Program-made: the position numbers and the translations under genes
Shown: positions 1 to 12,302 of the stretch, one piece after another
Numbering within the stretch: position 1 is the stretch's first letter
Layout: the number at the start of each line of letters is the position of its first letter
Assembly: GCF_963921235.1 (NCBI RefSeq)
Contig: NC_086097.1
Span: 59,460,001-59,524,000, forward strand
Direction: 5' to 3'
Source: Mobula hypostoma
Lineage: Eukaryota
DNA length: 64,000 nt
The notes under the pieces: model-generated
Database searches by the model: none
What the model was told of the DNA's origin: nothing
The model's input: only the letters and a program-made list of their open reading frames with translations

Positions 1-534
1 GACGATTAACTGAAGTAGTTTTCAGTTGATTAGCTAATAATTTACCCAATTTATCACTATGAATATAAAACTCACTTCTAGTTTTCATTAATTGATTTTC
101 AATCGAGGATGTTAATAATAAACTATGTTCCATTTGGAGTTCAACTCTCTGTTTATAAAGCACCTGTTTATAATATTGTTCCAAATTAAAGCTTGTGGTA
201 GGTGCTCTTCCTCCCAACCTTAGTGAATAGCTTACTATCTTTCATACTTATTGTTTAAAAAACTGGAAATATTTCTGAAAGCTGAAATAGAAAACATCCA
301 CAGAAAAACTTCATTTCATGTAACAACATTCTTCATATTAATTGATTTCTTTCCTTGTTATTCGAACTTCTGTCACCATACACTAGAAGTAACTAGACAC
401 ATTAAACATTCCTTAAAGCATAACAGTGCTAGAACAACAATTATCATCCATGGCCCAATTTCACATAGACGACAGCAGATATGACAAGCATAGCTCTTTG
501 AAGAGTACACGGTTTCTTCTCTTGAAGACATTTA

Positions 535-1065
535 CACTCAGTGACCACTTAATTAGTTTCAGGCGTGAAACCCATGTGGTCTTCAGCTGCTGTAACTCAT
601 CTACTTCAAGGTTTGACGTATTGTGCATTCAGAGATGCTCTTCTGCACATCAACGCTGTAATACATCGTTATTTGAGTTACTGTTGCCTTCCTTTCAGCT
701 TAAACCGGTCTGGCCATTCTCCTCTGATCTTTCTTATTAAAAAGGTGTTTTCACTGACAAAACTGTTGCTCACGGGATGTTTTACTTGTTCTTCACACCA
801 TTTTCCATAAATTATAGAGTCCCAGGAGATCAGCAGATTCAGAGATATTCAATCCACTCTGTCTGGCATTAACGATCATTCCACAGTCAGAGTCACTTGG
901 ATCGCATTTCTTCCCCATTCTGCTGTTTGATCTGAACAACAATTGAACTTATTGATCATGTCTGCATGCTTTTATGCATTGAGTTGCTACCACATGATTG
1001 GCTGATTAGAGATTTGCATTAATGAGCAGGTGTAAAGGTTTACCTAATAAATTGGCCACCAAATG
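535..1065. mobile_element. Non-autonomous Tc1/mariner deletion derivative
   Basis: Imperfect TIRs cactcagtgaccacttaattag (535) and cctaataaattggccaccaaatg (ends 1065), flanked by TA on both sides. The interior resembles the copy at 60349-61238. Confidence 0.8.
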
Positions 1066-1659
1066 TATATTTTATATTTTGAACAGAACAGTCTACTGAC
1101 TGTATCTATATTCCATTGAATTCAAATTATTCTGTGCCAAAAAAGCGCACTAAACTTGTACCCTGTGGTCAGCACATAGTTTAATGGCCAAGTGGTGACA
1201 GACAGCTGCAGAGGGTGTGGAGGACTCTGTATTATTGTTTGGAATTGGAAAGGAGACTGTGTCTTAGGTTTGTGGTTGGGCCAGGATATGTGGGAAACAT
1301 TGAGATCTGCAGAAAGGTGTAAATGTTTAACTTAAATGATTGTTGCCTGCCGATCCATTCAAATGCCAAATATCGCAGACTCAAACATAATTAGGCAAGT
1401 TCCTTGAAAGTCTCAATGAAACAGGTCTCATATTCATCGCAAAGGCCTGTTTCTGCATCCTGTATGTATAGAGAGACTTTTGGAATTGCTGCCAGACGAG
1501 TGTTGTTGCACAGTGTTAGATACCACTGCATGTTCCTGGGCTCCCTTGTGTACAATTCTTGTAAATGTATGCAGGATTGAGAAGCCATCTGGCAAGTTTC
1601 CTGAAACATGTGGTGAGTACCCAATACTTTGCAGTTTGTGGTTTCCTCATAAAATTCCA

Positions 1660-2432
1660 TGCAAAGTTCAAAAGATCAGAATTCAAAGTGCATTTATTAT
1701 CTAAGCATACATACCTTATACAACCTTGAGATTCATCTTCATACAGACAGCCACGTAACAAGAAACCCAAAAATAATATTAAAAATAAGACCAACAAACA
1801 GCCAATGTGCAGAGAGAAAAAAACAAATCAGGCAAGCAATGAAAATAAGCAAATAGCAATTAGAACAAAGATAAGCCCTCAGACATGAAGCCAGACAGCC
1901 TCAGTCTCAATGCAGTGAAGAGCAAAGCAGCGAGCAGAACTGGCCCGACCTTTGCCTTTGGTCCCAACACCCTGCCTTTTCAATCCATCTGGCTTGACAT
2001 TTAAGTCGTCCAATCATCGGTTTGTTCCTTGCACTAAGACCTAGATGCTGTTGCATCGATTTGCTCTTAGTCTGGACTTCGTCGCCACGTTTCGGCCTGT
2101 ACTGAACCTTTCCAAATGGGCCCGGCTCTTAGAGTAATAATACCTCTCACTTGGTTCAGGTGAATGGGCCAAGAATCCGACTATCCTCTGCCCCACTTGC
2201 CTTGAACTGACCTTGACTTTCCTCGAACATGCTTTGACCTCGCACTTTGCCTCACACCCGCACACTTCAACCTCCTACCTGGCCCCACCTTTGCTAGCCT
2301 CTTCATTGTTTGCAGTGATCATATACCATAATATTTTTCTTACAAGAAAAGTGTTATAAATAACGTATTTCGTTGTATACCTTGTTTTGCACTAACTTGT
2401 CGCTTGCTCACAGCAGAAGTGCTGCACCATCT
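1660..2432 (-). mobile_element. Non-autonomous retroposon sharing a 3' end with 7413-8170 and 63130-63698
   Basis: 1660-1870 is a diverged reverse complement of 7960-8170 (aatctcaaggttgtata...gataataaatg...ttgaa tail). No ORF. 5' boundary approximate. Confidence 0.65.
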
Positions 2433-4171
2433 TTCGCTTTATAAATTAACTTATGAATTGTATGTGATACTTTTATGCTAGTACTTATTGCTCTTCCCTA
2501 CTTGTCCCTTAGAAAGTGGCAATGGCCCACCTGAATTACTTCATTCCTTGTGGACAAGTTGCCACAAAGATGTTTACTAAAGCAAGAAAATTAAACCCCA
2601 AAATAACCACGTGCTTTAAATGATTGCAATTTTATCTCCATTATCACTCATAATGTTGTTGCTGTTATCATTAAGTATTTGTTATTTGTAATGTTTAAAC
2701 CTAACAACATAAATAACAGCATAAAGTTTTGCACATTTTCCAGGAATATTTTAAGTACAACGGAAGACTTGCAGAAAATACACAGAAGTACTTCACACAA
2801 AAACTGCTCAAGTTCTGAACTGGTAAAAAAAATTAAGTTTTATAATAAAAATGCAATACCACTGTTGTCCAATTGCCAGATTTGTTAATAGCATGGCAGA
2901 AACTATTTCCTCTTTGAAAAAAATTGCTATCTGCTCTTTCACAAACTAGGCCCATCAATCCACTTCTCCACACTAATGCTGTAAATGTGTTCTATGTTTT
3001 TTTTTGTTTGCCAAGTAAAACAACCTCAATATTAATTTAGTCTCTTGAGGCAAAAAAAAACTGCTTCTAACTAAATCACCTTTCTGGGAAACTGCATTTT
3101 GGTATTATTTCCCTACTTCTCATTCCAAATCTGAGACCGGACCAGTTGGCACCTTTTTGTTGTGTAATAGTCCAGCAGCTGCTTCTGACTGTGAAAATTA
3201 AGAATGATTTCACCGGAAAGAGTTCTGCTGAGAAAATAGCATTCTCTATTATCAATATCTTTGCTGGCAATAGTACTGCAGGCAGGACTATTCTATTGCA
3301 TTCTGTTCAGTCATCTTGTTACCATTCCTTCTAGTTTTTGCTTGACATTTCCAGACCAGCTGCTAAATTGTCCACAGAAATGAAGTGGTATCCAGTGAGC
3401 TTACAGATAACAGTGTATTGACTCTACAAGAGTAGATTCATTGCCAATAGATGGAAGACCCAGCATTTCTTTTCATATTGTATACTTTGGAAGATGCAAT
3501 AACTCCTTCATCAGCAAATTTGGAAGTTAAGATTAACAGAAAATAACATTCAAAGCACAGCAGAAGTTCACAGTAGGCTGCACAGTGGTCAAAATTTCTG
3601 TGTTTTAAGCAAAACTATTTATTAACATTGATCGAAACAAAATGAATAAAGTGCTAGTTGTTTACAATTATATTTCTTTTTATTTTTATGTCCAGCACTT
3701 TTAGTAGGTTATATATAATGGATTTGTTTTCCAATTAGAATTAATGAGCTAAGAATTTTGTTTTTGTGTGTTGTGTAATGTCTGTATGTGCCACATGAAT
3801 GAATTCCACTAAATTGTATAAATGAAATAAATCTGCTTAATTTGCAAAATTGTACCTCTGCACCGATTATGGACATTGCACAGATGACATCAATTCTGGT
3901 GCAATATTCACTTAGAACATGTCAGGATCATGTGGGTCTGATTGAAAATTTAGGGGAAAAGTTTTTCTTAACACGTGTAATATTTCAGAGTCCATTCACT
4001 TTTTACATAGATGCATAATGATCTGGGCATGCCCAGGCAACTGAAGGAAGCTTTTCTCCATTTAATACTTTTTTATGGATGACTCAAAGATGATCACCCT
4101 GCCAGAGGGTGGGAGTCATGAAGAGGGTCATAGTTTGGCAGATATGCCCAGTAAAGAGGAGGAGAAAGATG

Positions 4172-4381
4172 AGAAAATATGCAGATGCTGGAAATCCAAG
4201 CAACACACACAAAATGCTGGAGGAATTCAGCAGGCCAGGCAACATCTATGGAAAAGAGTAAACAGTCAATGTTTTGGGTCCTGCTGAAGGGTCTCGGGTT
4301 GAAACATCAACTGTTTACTCTTTTCCATAGATGCTGCCTGGCCTGCTGCGCTCCTCCAGCATTTTGTGTATGATGCTTGGA
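4172..4381. mobile_element. Palindromic Penelope-derived mini-element (inverted pseudo-LTR pair)
   Basis: ~80-bp inverted arms (4196-4276 and 4302-4381) around a degenerate hammerhead core ctgctgaagggtctcgggttgaaacatc. Same family as 7102-7319. Confidence 0.75.
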
Positions 4382-6046
4382 GGTAGGAGGGGAAGAAGGG
4401 TTCTTCCACAGGAGTACAAATGGGGTTGTGCAGCTTTTAACTGATGGCTACTATCACCCTGAAAGTCCGCCTCTGTAGCTCTGCAGCTAGGACGTTACTG
4501 GTGCTCTCCTACTGAGAGAAAGGAGCTTGTTTCATTGAACAGAGGCCAGCAGACAAAGTGGCAGGCATTAGAATTACCAAAGATTTAGATGGCAATAAAT
4601 TACACCCATGTGGTGTTCTGGCTCCCTATATGAACCTGGATCTCTACATGAATTGCAAGATATGTCTTGAATCGCCAACTTTCAGTATCAATCCCATTTC
4701 AAAAAACATCCAGTTCTCCAATCTAGTACTGGGAATTACTGTAAGCTGACCAATCAAACGCTAAGACAAACTGAAATGTTAATATCAATATACTGATAGA
4801 AAGTATTTCCCGTAATGGCATAGATACGTGCATGTAGGCAGAGGTATGTGTTTGTATCTTTGCTTTTTGACTTGACTTTCCATCTATTGAATCACTTTCA
4901 GTCAGCACTCCACAATAACCCGTGTTCTGTACATCTCCAGTTACAGAGTTCTGACCTCTGGCCTCATAATACAGTTGTTTTTAATCAATTGGTGAAGTGT
5001 GAGCTAGAAAACGCAGGTGTTTTTCCCCATACATACCTGCTAAAGATTGTCTAAGTCTTCTCCTTCCTTAAACTTCCAAAGATGTAAATTTCTAAGTACT
5101 TCAAGGAATCTAATATCTTAGCAAATGGGATTCCTCATGTCACATCCGAATGAAATGCCACCGAGCCAGATGGTGGTTTGATAATTGGACAGGTACAGGT
5201 TGTGTTGAAGGTTATGGGTGAAGTGGCCGCTGGATGAAATGTTATGGCAAATACTAGATCATTAATGATAGTCTTCCTTGAAGCCATAGAGCTGCTCAGG
5301 TAAATTGCCTACAAGAAGAGGGAAAGGGTTCACGATTTGAAGCTGAATATGGCATTGTATACTCATACCTATTCAACAGTTTATCTTAAACATTGTATTT
5401 TTTAACCTCAAAAACACCAGAGGAAAAAAAAACTGCCAAACCTCTGTAGCTGGTTTTGTTTTATTGTCCAAGAACAAAGTCACCCTTAGCAACTGCTGAA
5501 GGAATCCAGAGCAGGAAATTACATTTTGGTCAGCTTTTTTATGAGACTTGAGCCATTACAATCTGCAATTGTGAAACAATAATCTGAGCATAAGAATTAG
5601 AGAAGGTGTTGGGCATCCAGATCCTTGTACTTGCTCCACAATTTAATAAATTCATGGCAGATCTTTTACTCCACTACCACTTTACTGTGTGCCCTTCCAC
5701 CCCTTGATCTCCTCAGTATCTAAAACTTATCGATCTGTTTTGAATGTACTCTGTGAATAAGATTCACAACCTCTTGTTGAGGTAATTACATCTATTCACT
5801 GAACTCTAGGTGAAGAACTTTCTCCTCATCTCTGTCCTGAATGATTAATCCCTAATGATGAGATGCTGACCCCTGATTTTAACAAAGGGAGCAATAACTT
5901 TGCATCTACTCTGTTGAGGTTCCTTAGAATTGTGTACAAAGAATGAAACCACCTATCATTCTTCAAAACTTGATAGCATACAGACCTAGTTCCGTTTATC
6001 ACTCCTCATTCAACAAACCATAATTCCTGAAATTATTCCAGTTAAT

Positions 6047-6688
6047 ATCAAGCAGCAGTAAATCAAGGCAATTGGACTTGATGTGTTGTCTAGAAGACAT
6101 TTTGCCAATCATCTGAGAGGCTTCTTCAATTCTGATCCAGGGTGTGTATTTTCCAGTTTAGAAATTCTGTGAGTTGTTTAAAAGTCACATCACATGATGT
6201 TTAAATGTCACATCACAAGCAATCTCATGAGGCTCATTAAGAATCGTAGATGTAATGAGAGGGTCATTAGTCTTATCTTTGCATGAATGGAGGTGTGAAG
6301 TGTTGTGGAGATGCAGGGTAGAAATGTTAGAAATGCATTATAAGCAGCTGATAAGTGGTGTCATATCCCACCTCCTCTGTTCAGGGATGGGTTTTCCAGT
6401 TTGACAAAGATGGCTTCTTTAACCTCTCTTTCAAATCACGTGTCCTCCCTGTCCAAAATGTGCACTTATTTATCATGAAAGGAGAGTCATTTGCAATATT
6501 GTATATGCTATCCAAAACAATCAGAATTGCACAGATCTGTATATCGGTGAGACAAAACAACCACTTCTCAAATGGATGGTCCAACATAGGAGCCTAACAC
6601 CTCAGGCCAAGACTCAGCTGTATATCAACACCTAAAGGACAAGGGATGCTCCTTTGATGACCTGGATGACTGAAAATCTTCATGGACA
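6047..6688. mobile_element. Rearranged Penelope-like element fragment (GIY-YIG endonuclease plus 3' terminus)
   Basis: Plus strand ~6495-6661 reads NIVYAIQ..CTDLYIGETKQPL..QHR..SGQDSAVYQHLKDKGCSFDD. Minus strand ~6466-6340 reads VHILDREDT*FERGVKEAIFVKLENPSLNRGGG. A 13-bp direct repeat tattccagttaat lies at 6034-6046 and 6689-6701. Confidence 0.85.
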
Positions 6689-7101
6689 TATTCCAGTTAA
6701 TTTTACTTCACCCTTTGAATTTCAGAAATAATTTTCCTATGTATGGAGACCAGACCTGCTCAATATTCCTGATGCAGTCACAAGATGTCTGCAGGGTGCT
6801 TACCATACGTCCTCCAATAGTCTTGCAATAAACACCAACATACTATCAACCTTTCTAATTTCTTGTTGAGCTTGTACATTAACTTTCAGTGTTTCATGCA
6901 CTAAGACACTCATGCCCCTCTAAACATTTCAATCTCTTAGCATTTAAAGATATAATCTATTTGTCTTTGCTGTCGGAGGGACCTCAGATTATGTTATTAA
7001 TCATTTAACCTATCTATATTTCACTGAGGTTTTGCTGCATTCTCCTCACAGCTCACTCCACTGCCTAGCTTTATATTATCACCAAACATGACTTTACTAC
7101 A

Positions 7102-7319
7102 ACACACATAAAAAATGCTGGTGAACGCAGCAGACCAGGCGGCATCTATAGGAAGAGGTACAGTCAACGTTTCGGGCCGAGACCCTTCGTCAGGATTAAG
7201 GATCTCGGCCCGAAACATCGACTGTACCTCTTCCTATAGATGCCGCCTGGCCTGCTGCGTTCACCAGCATTTTTTATGTGTTACTTGAATTTCCAGCATC
7301 TGCAGATTTCCTCGTGTTT
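7102..7319. mobile_element. Palindromic Penelope-derived mini-element with 14-bp TSD
   Basis: Near-perfect inverted arms (7102-7183 vs ~7203-7282). Exact direct repeat atgactttactaca at 7088-7101 and 7320-7333. Confidence 0.85.
7162..7197 (-). ncRNA. Minimal type I hammerhead ribozyme candidate (Penelope-type)
   Basis: Minus strand reads aatc-CUGACGA-A-GGG(ucucgg)CCC-GAAACGUU-gacu: intact catalytic boxes, 3-bp stem II, palindromic ACGU in place of stem III, stem I with one mismatch. Confidence 0.65.
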
Positions 7320-7412
7320 ATGACTTTACTACATCTGATTTCCTCAGGAAATCTTTGATACAAATTGTGCTTTACTATATTTGATTTCCTCATCAAATCA
7401 TTGATACAGATT

Positions 7413-8170
7413 GTTTTTGGACAATTTAAACGCTGGCCAGGTGGATTGAAGAGGCAGGGTGTCAGGACAAAATAGAGAGTTGGGCCAGTTCAGCTTGCTG
7501 CCCCATGACATTTACTTGGCTCTGTGCTGAACCAAGGATGAGGCTGTGGCCTGCTCCGTGCTCCATATCTGAGGGCTCTGTGACATTTACATGGCTCAGT
7601 GCTGAACTGAGACTAAGACTTTGGCCTGCTCCATGCTCCATGTCTGAGGGCTCCATGACATTTACTTGGCTCTGTGCTGAACTGAGACTAAAGCCTTGGC
7701 CTGCTCCATCCTCCATGTCTGAGGGCTCTGTGACATTTACTTGGCTCTGTGCTGAACTGAGACTAAAGCCTTGGCCTGCTCCGTCCTCCATGTCTGAGGG
7801 CTCTGTGACATTTACTTGGCTCTGTGCTGAACTGAGACTAAAGCCTTGGCCTGCTCCGTCCTCCATGTCTGAGGGCTCTGTGACATTTACTTGGCTCTGT
7901 GCTGAACTGAAACTAAGGCTTTTGCCTGCTCCGGCTGCTCCAGGCTTCTTGTCCATGCACTCACTTGTGCTCTGAATGCCATTTGCTTACTTTTATTGTT
8001 TGCACAAATTGTTTATTTTTCCTTTGTACATTAGATGTTTGACTGTCTTCTTGTTTATGGGTTCCTTTGGGTTTCTTTATTTTGTGGCTGCTTGTAAGGA
8101 GACAAATCTCAAGGTTGTATAATATATACATACTTTGATAATAAATGTACTTGAACTTTGAACTTTTGAA
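7413..8170 (+). mobile_element. Non-autonomous retroposon containing an internal 75-bp VNTR
   Basis: Interrupts the CR1 remnant. Ends aataaatgtac-ttgaactttgaacttttgaa. Its 3' 200 bp are shared with 1660-1870 (inverted). Confidence 0.7.
7506..7932. repeat. 75-bp tandem repeat, ~5.7 copies
   Basis: tgacatttac recurs at 7506, 7581, 7656, 7731, 7806 and 7881. This gives 25-aa periodic ORFs on both strands. Confidence 0.95.
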
Positions 8171-10269
8171 CATTAAATAGCCTGGCCAAATGGCACCCAG
8201 CTAGTCATCATCTCCCAACTCTAAAATAGCCATTTAATATTTCTCTGGATTCTGTCCATAACCAATATTTAGTCTATTCCAGTATATTTCTCTCAGTTCT
8301 TTGTGGGCGCAAGTATTGTATGTGCTTATTAATATTGTGAACATTACAGCAAGGAGATTTATTGATCAGCAATTTAACATCAACTTGAAATGTAAGTAGC
8401 TTTGTATTATCAATGGAACACTTTTAAAGCTAATTTAATAAAGCGTAAAAAATGTCTCATTCAGAATGTTTGCTAGTTAATGTGACCTTTAGCCTATGGT
8501 AGTTGAGATTAACCAGTAATGTAAAAGATAACTTAAGTTTGGTAACTGCTGCATTGGTTGCCTGATTCGTGGGATTTCAACAAGTACAGAAATAAACCTC
8601 CACTTTCACATGAAGATACGATTTAGACAATGTTCTCCAATTTTAAGTTTGATAGTGAGCAGGATTGTTTCAAACTGACCACTGAAGCTTAAAGTTGAGA
8701 GAGTTGTCAAAGCTCATTTTAAACACATTACTCGTCTAGCAATGGATAAGCTGTGTAGGAAGATATTCCTTTACTTCAATGTGAAACAGCTGGATATAAT
8801 TTCAAAAAATCTGCAACATTGGTCATGCTGTCTACATTATTTTTCAAAAGAATATATTTTTTTTACCTTTCTGTCAGCATGAGCTTGATAGAGTTCTGTG
8901 ATTCCCCATAGAAATGCATTGATACAGAAACCCATCTGTCTTACCTAGTGCTCTGATAAGTTTAATTGCAGTTTCACTGAAATGGCATGTGTGTATAAAT
9001 GCAATCTGTGCAAAATGTTTGCAAAATCAGGCTTTGCTGACAGTAATCAAGAAGAAAGATTGTGTCCCTTGGACGGTGACATTCATCTTCTTGATTTCAA
9101 CATGTTTGACATGGCCACTCTCTAATTCATGAACTGCTAACATTTTCAGTGCCTTGAAGCTTCACATTAATTTTGTATGGAACAAATCAGTTTCTAAAAT
9201 ATGCTGCTTTTATTTTAGACTTTGAATAAATCAAAACAAATGTATCTCACACATGAGCATAGGAATGAATTCCCAATGGGGATGGGATCACACATTATTA
9301 ATTTAATGGGCTTGTCAGATGTCACCTTGTGCATGAATTCTGAATCCAGGTTTTTATGCCTCAGAGACAGTGCAACCCGTCTTAGTGTCATAATGGGTAT
9401 ATGTTACAAATTTTTGCTTGCTCTCCAAGCCAGTATGCTGATACTACTGCTCTGAGGAAGCTAGGTACAGTGGAATAATCATTCATTAATCAACAGGGCA
9501 TGCTTCATTATCACCACGTTTTATGTGCAAATACTGGTTTTCCATAGCAACAAATTAATGTGTTATATAATCTACTCCATAATGATTTATGCTGGAAAGT
9601 TGGATAAACCTTGCCTTTCTATGGGTTACAATAATCACCTTTATTTTCTGCAAGTATTAATTAAACTAATACCTTTATTATATTGCATAATTCCATATTA
9701 ATACATCTGCAGCTATTATGGATCATGTGTATGCATGGGTACAACATGTGACAATAAGAATTTCTATGCATGAAGTGGCTTTTGTGTACTAAAATGCTAC
9801 ACAAGGGTAAAAATCATACAATGAGCTACTACAGCTTCAAAGAAACAGATTTTAAAGAGCATTTTAGGGGGTCAACATGAACTAGGGAAGTAATGTGGTC
9901 AAGGAGGAGAATATAGTTGGAAACTGGATTATATAGGAGACCAGGATTATAGGTCCGTGGTATAGAATTAATTAGCATGAAGAAGTAGCCTGTTCTTATT
10001 AAAGACACAATGGCAATATACAATATCTATCTCCAAGTGGTTAGAGATGGCTTGGTGTGGTGGAATTTCTTAGGCTAGAGGTAAGGCAACATGTTTGTAT
10101 AAGATAAGGATCATTGTACTTAGCAATAATGCCTGCTGAATTTGGGACACCTTGGTTCCATCTAGAATGCAGTTGGAGATAAGGGTTATGTAGTTGGACT
10201 GTGTCCATGGCAACCAGATGACTGCTCCAAGCTCTTATACATACAAATGTCTCTTAAATTTAGCATTCA

Positions 10270-10860
10270 TTCTGGGAGAACTAGAATATAAAAGCAAAGA
10301 TGTAATGCTGAGTCATGATAAGGCATTGATCAGACCATACTTGGAGTATTACAAGCAGTTTTAGGCCCCTTAATGAAGAAAAGATGTGCTGGGATTGGAG
10401 ACAGTCCAGAGGATGTTTACGAGAATGTTTCCCGAATGAAAGAGTTAATGTATGAAGAGTATTTGATAACTTTGGGCCTGTATTCACTGCAATTTAGAAG
10501 AATGAAGGGGGATCTTATTGAATTGAAAGACCTAGATAGAGTGGATGTGGAGATGATGTTTCCTATATTTGGGAGTCTAGGGCCAGAGGGCACAACCTCA
10601 GAATAGACGTTCATTCCTTACAACAGAAATAAGGAGGGTGTTGAATATGTGGAATTCATTGCCACAGAAGATTGTGGAGGGCAAATCATTGGGTGTATCT
10701 AAAACGGAAGTGGATATGTTCTTGATTTGTAAGGGAAACAAATGTTATGGGGAGAAGGCAGAAGAATGAGGTTGAGAGGGAAACTAAATCAACTGTGATG
10801 GAATAGTGAAGCAGACTTAATGGGCCAAATAGCCTAATTCAGATCTTACGTCTTATGGTC
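10270..10860 (+). mobile_element. CR1 LINE 3' fragment
   Basis: LEYKSKDVML..RPYLEY and LGLYSLQFRRMKGDLIE (CR1 ORF2 C-terminus), plus a CR1-type 3' UTR ending tcttatggtc. Confidence 0.85.
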
Positions 10861-10889
10861 GTAAAGAATGCAATTGTACCAATCTCAAA

Positions 10890-12290
10890 CTCGTCTTTTG
10901 GTAGTTTATTCCAGGTACTTACTGTCCTCTGTGTGAAGAAGTTACCTCTCAGGTCTCTTTTACATCTTTCCCCTCTTACCTAGTCTCTGTGTCCTCTCAT
11001 TTTGAACTCTCCAAACCTGGGAAAAAGTCTACGATCATCCCCATACCCCTCATGATTTTTAAACTTCCATGTGATCATCCCTCATTCTCCTATTCCCCAA
11101 AGAATAAAGAGCTAGCGTGGCCAAGCTCTCCCTATAAGTTCAACCCTCATAAACTTCTTCTGCATCCCCTCTTGCCTGCCAATGTCTTTTCTATAACAGG
11201 TCGGCCAAAACTCTACACAATGCTCCAAGTGTGGTCTTAACAAAGACTTACAGTGCATTACTGGAATATAATGCCCCTACTCCTACGCTCGATGTCCTGA
11301 CTGATGAAGGCCACAATGCTATATGCCTTCTTTACCATCCTGTCTACTTATGCGGCTGCTTTCCATGAATGGTGCGCTTGTACCTCTGGTCCCTCTGTTC
11401 CACAGCACCCGTCTGTGCCCTGCCATTCCCTGTATATTTCCTATTATTGTTTGAATATCATACATGCATCACCTCACACTTACCTAAGTTGAAAACCATT
11501 TTCCATTCTTAAGCGCATCTCATTAACTGATCAATTTCTCTTTGTAGTTCATTATGATGTGCTTCACTATCGACTAGACCCTTTAATTTAGTATAATTAG
11601 CAAACTTGCTTATCGTGCCTTCTGCATTCATATCCAAATTATTTACATAAATAATGAATAACAGGTCTAGCACTGTCCTCTGTTGTACCCCATCAGTCAC
11701 TGGTCTCCAGCTGGAGAAATGACATTCAACCAGCATGCTGTGCTTCTACCATTAAGCCAATTCTGAATTCGCCTTGCCAGGTTCCCCAAATCCCTTGTGA
11801 TCTAACCTTCCAAATCAGCTTGCTATGTGCAACGTTGTCAAAGCCTTACTAAAATCCATATATACAACATCCATGCTCCTACTTACATCTGTCCCTTAAT
11901 TACCTATTTGAAAAGCTCCACAGATTCATCAGACATGACCTCCCATACATAAAACCATGATGACTATTCCTGATCAGACCTTGACTATCCAATGATGGTA
12001 AATCTTGTTCCTCAGAATTCCCTCTGGTGTCTACCCTACAGCTGAAGTCAGACTCATCTGCCTACAGTTTCCTGGCCAGTCCCTGCTACCCCTTTTGAAC
12101 AACGGACCAACAGTAGCCCCTTCCAGTCTTCTAGAACTTCCCTAGTGTCTAATCACAAAGCATTTAACTTTGCAAAGACCTCCATGATTTCTTGTCTAGC
12201 CTCCCATAAGGTCCAGGGGTGCACTTTGTCACATCTGGGGATATCCTCATGGTAATGCACTTTAAGGCTGCAAATTACCCCTTTCTCATA
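10890..12290 (-). mobile_element. CR1 LINE ORF2 (RT) fragment, degraded
   Basis: ORF 11509-11736: WRPVTDGVQQRTVL..ISKFANYTKL..LQREIDQL. DFSKA.DNV motif near 11830-11856. Confidence 0.85.
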
Positions 12291-12302
12291 ATACAGTATG
12301 TA

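Larger units (their letters stand above)
5590..8270 (-). mobile_element. Highly degraded CR1 LINE 3' portion hosting three younger insertions
   Basis: CR1-type 3' end at 5590 (cataagaattagagaaggtg...). Minus-strand KVMFGDNIKLG near 7065-7095 is a decayed SKFADDTKLG RT motif. CR1-like sequence resumes after 8170. Confidence 0.65.

Noticed and set aside
3076..4749. Short ORFs near 3.1-3.3 kb and 4.55-4.75 kb as host exons
   Set aside because: No recognisable homology and weak or inconsistent splice signals.
6090..6133. Active hammerhead in the Penelope 3' UTR
   Set aside because: Core boxes are mutated (TTGAAGA and AAAAT instead of CTGANGA and GAAAC).
7462..7975. 164-aa and 156-aa repetitive ORFs as real proteins
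   Set aside because: By-products of a 75-bp (multiple of 3) tandem repeat inside a retroposon.
9537..10214. RFX X-box-like motifs (ttccatagcaac, gtgtccatggcaac; also gttgctaggcaat near 40176)
   Set aside because: Imperfect and isolated, with no promoter context; not distinguishable from chance without conservation data.
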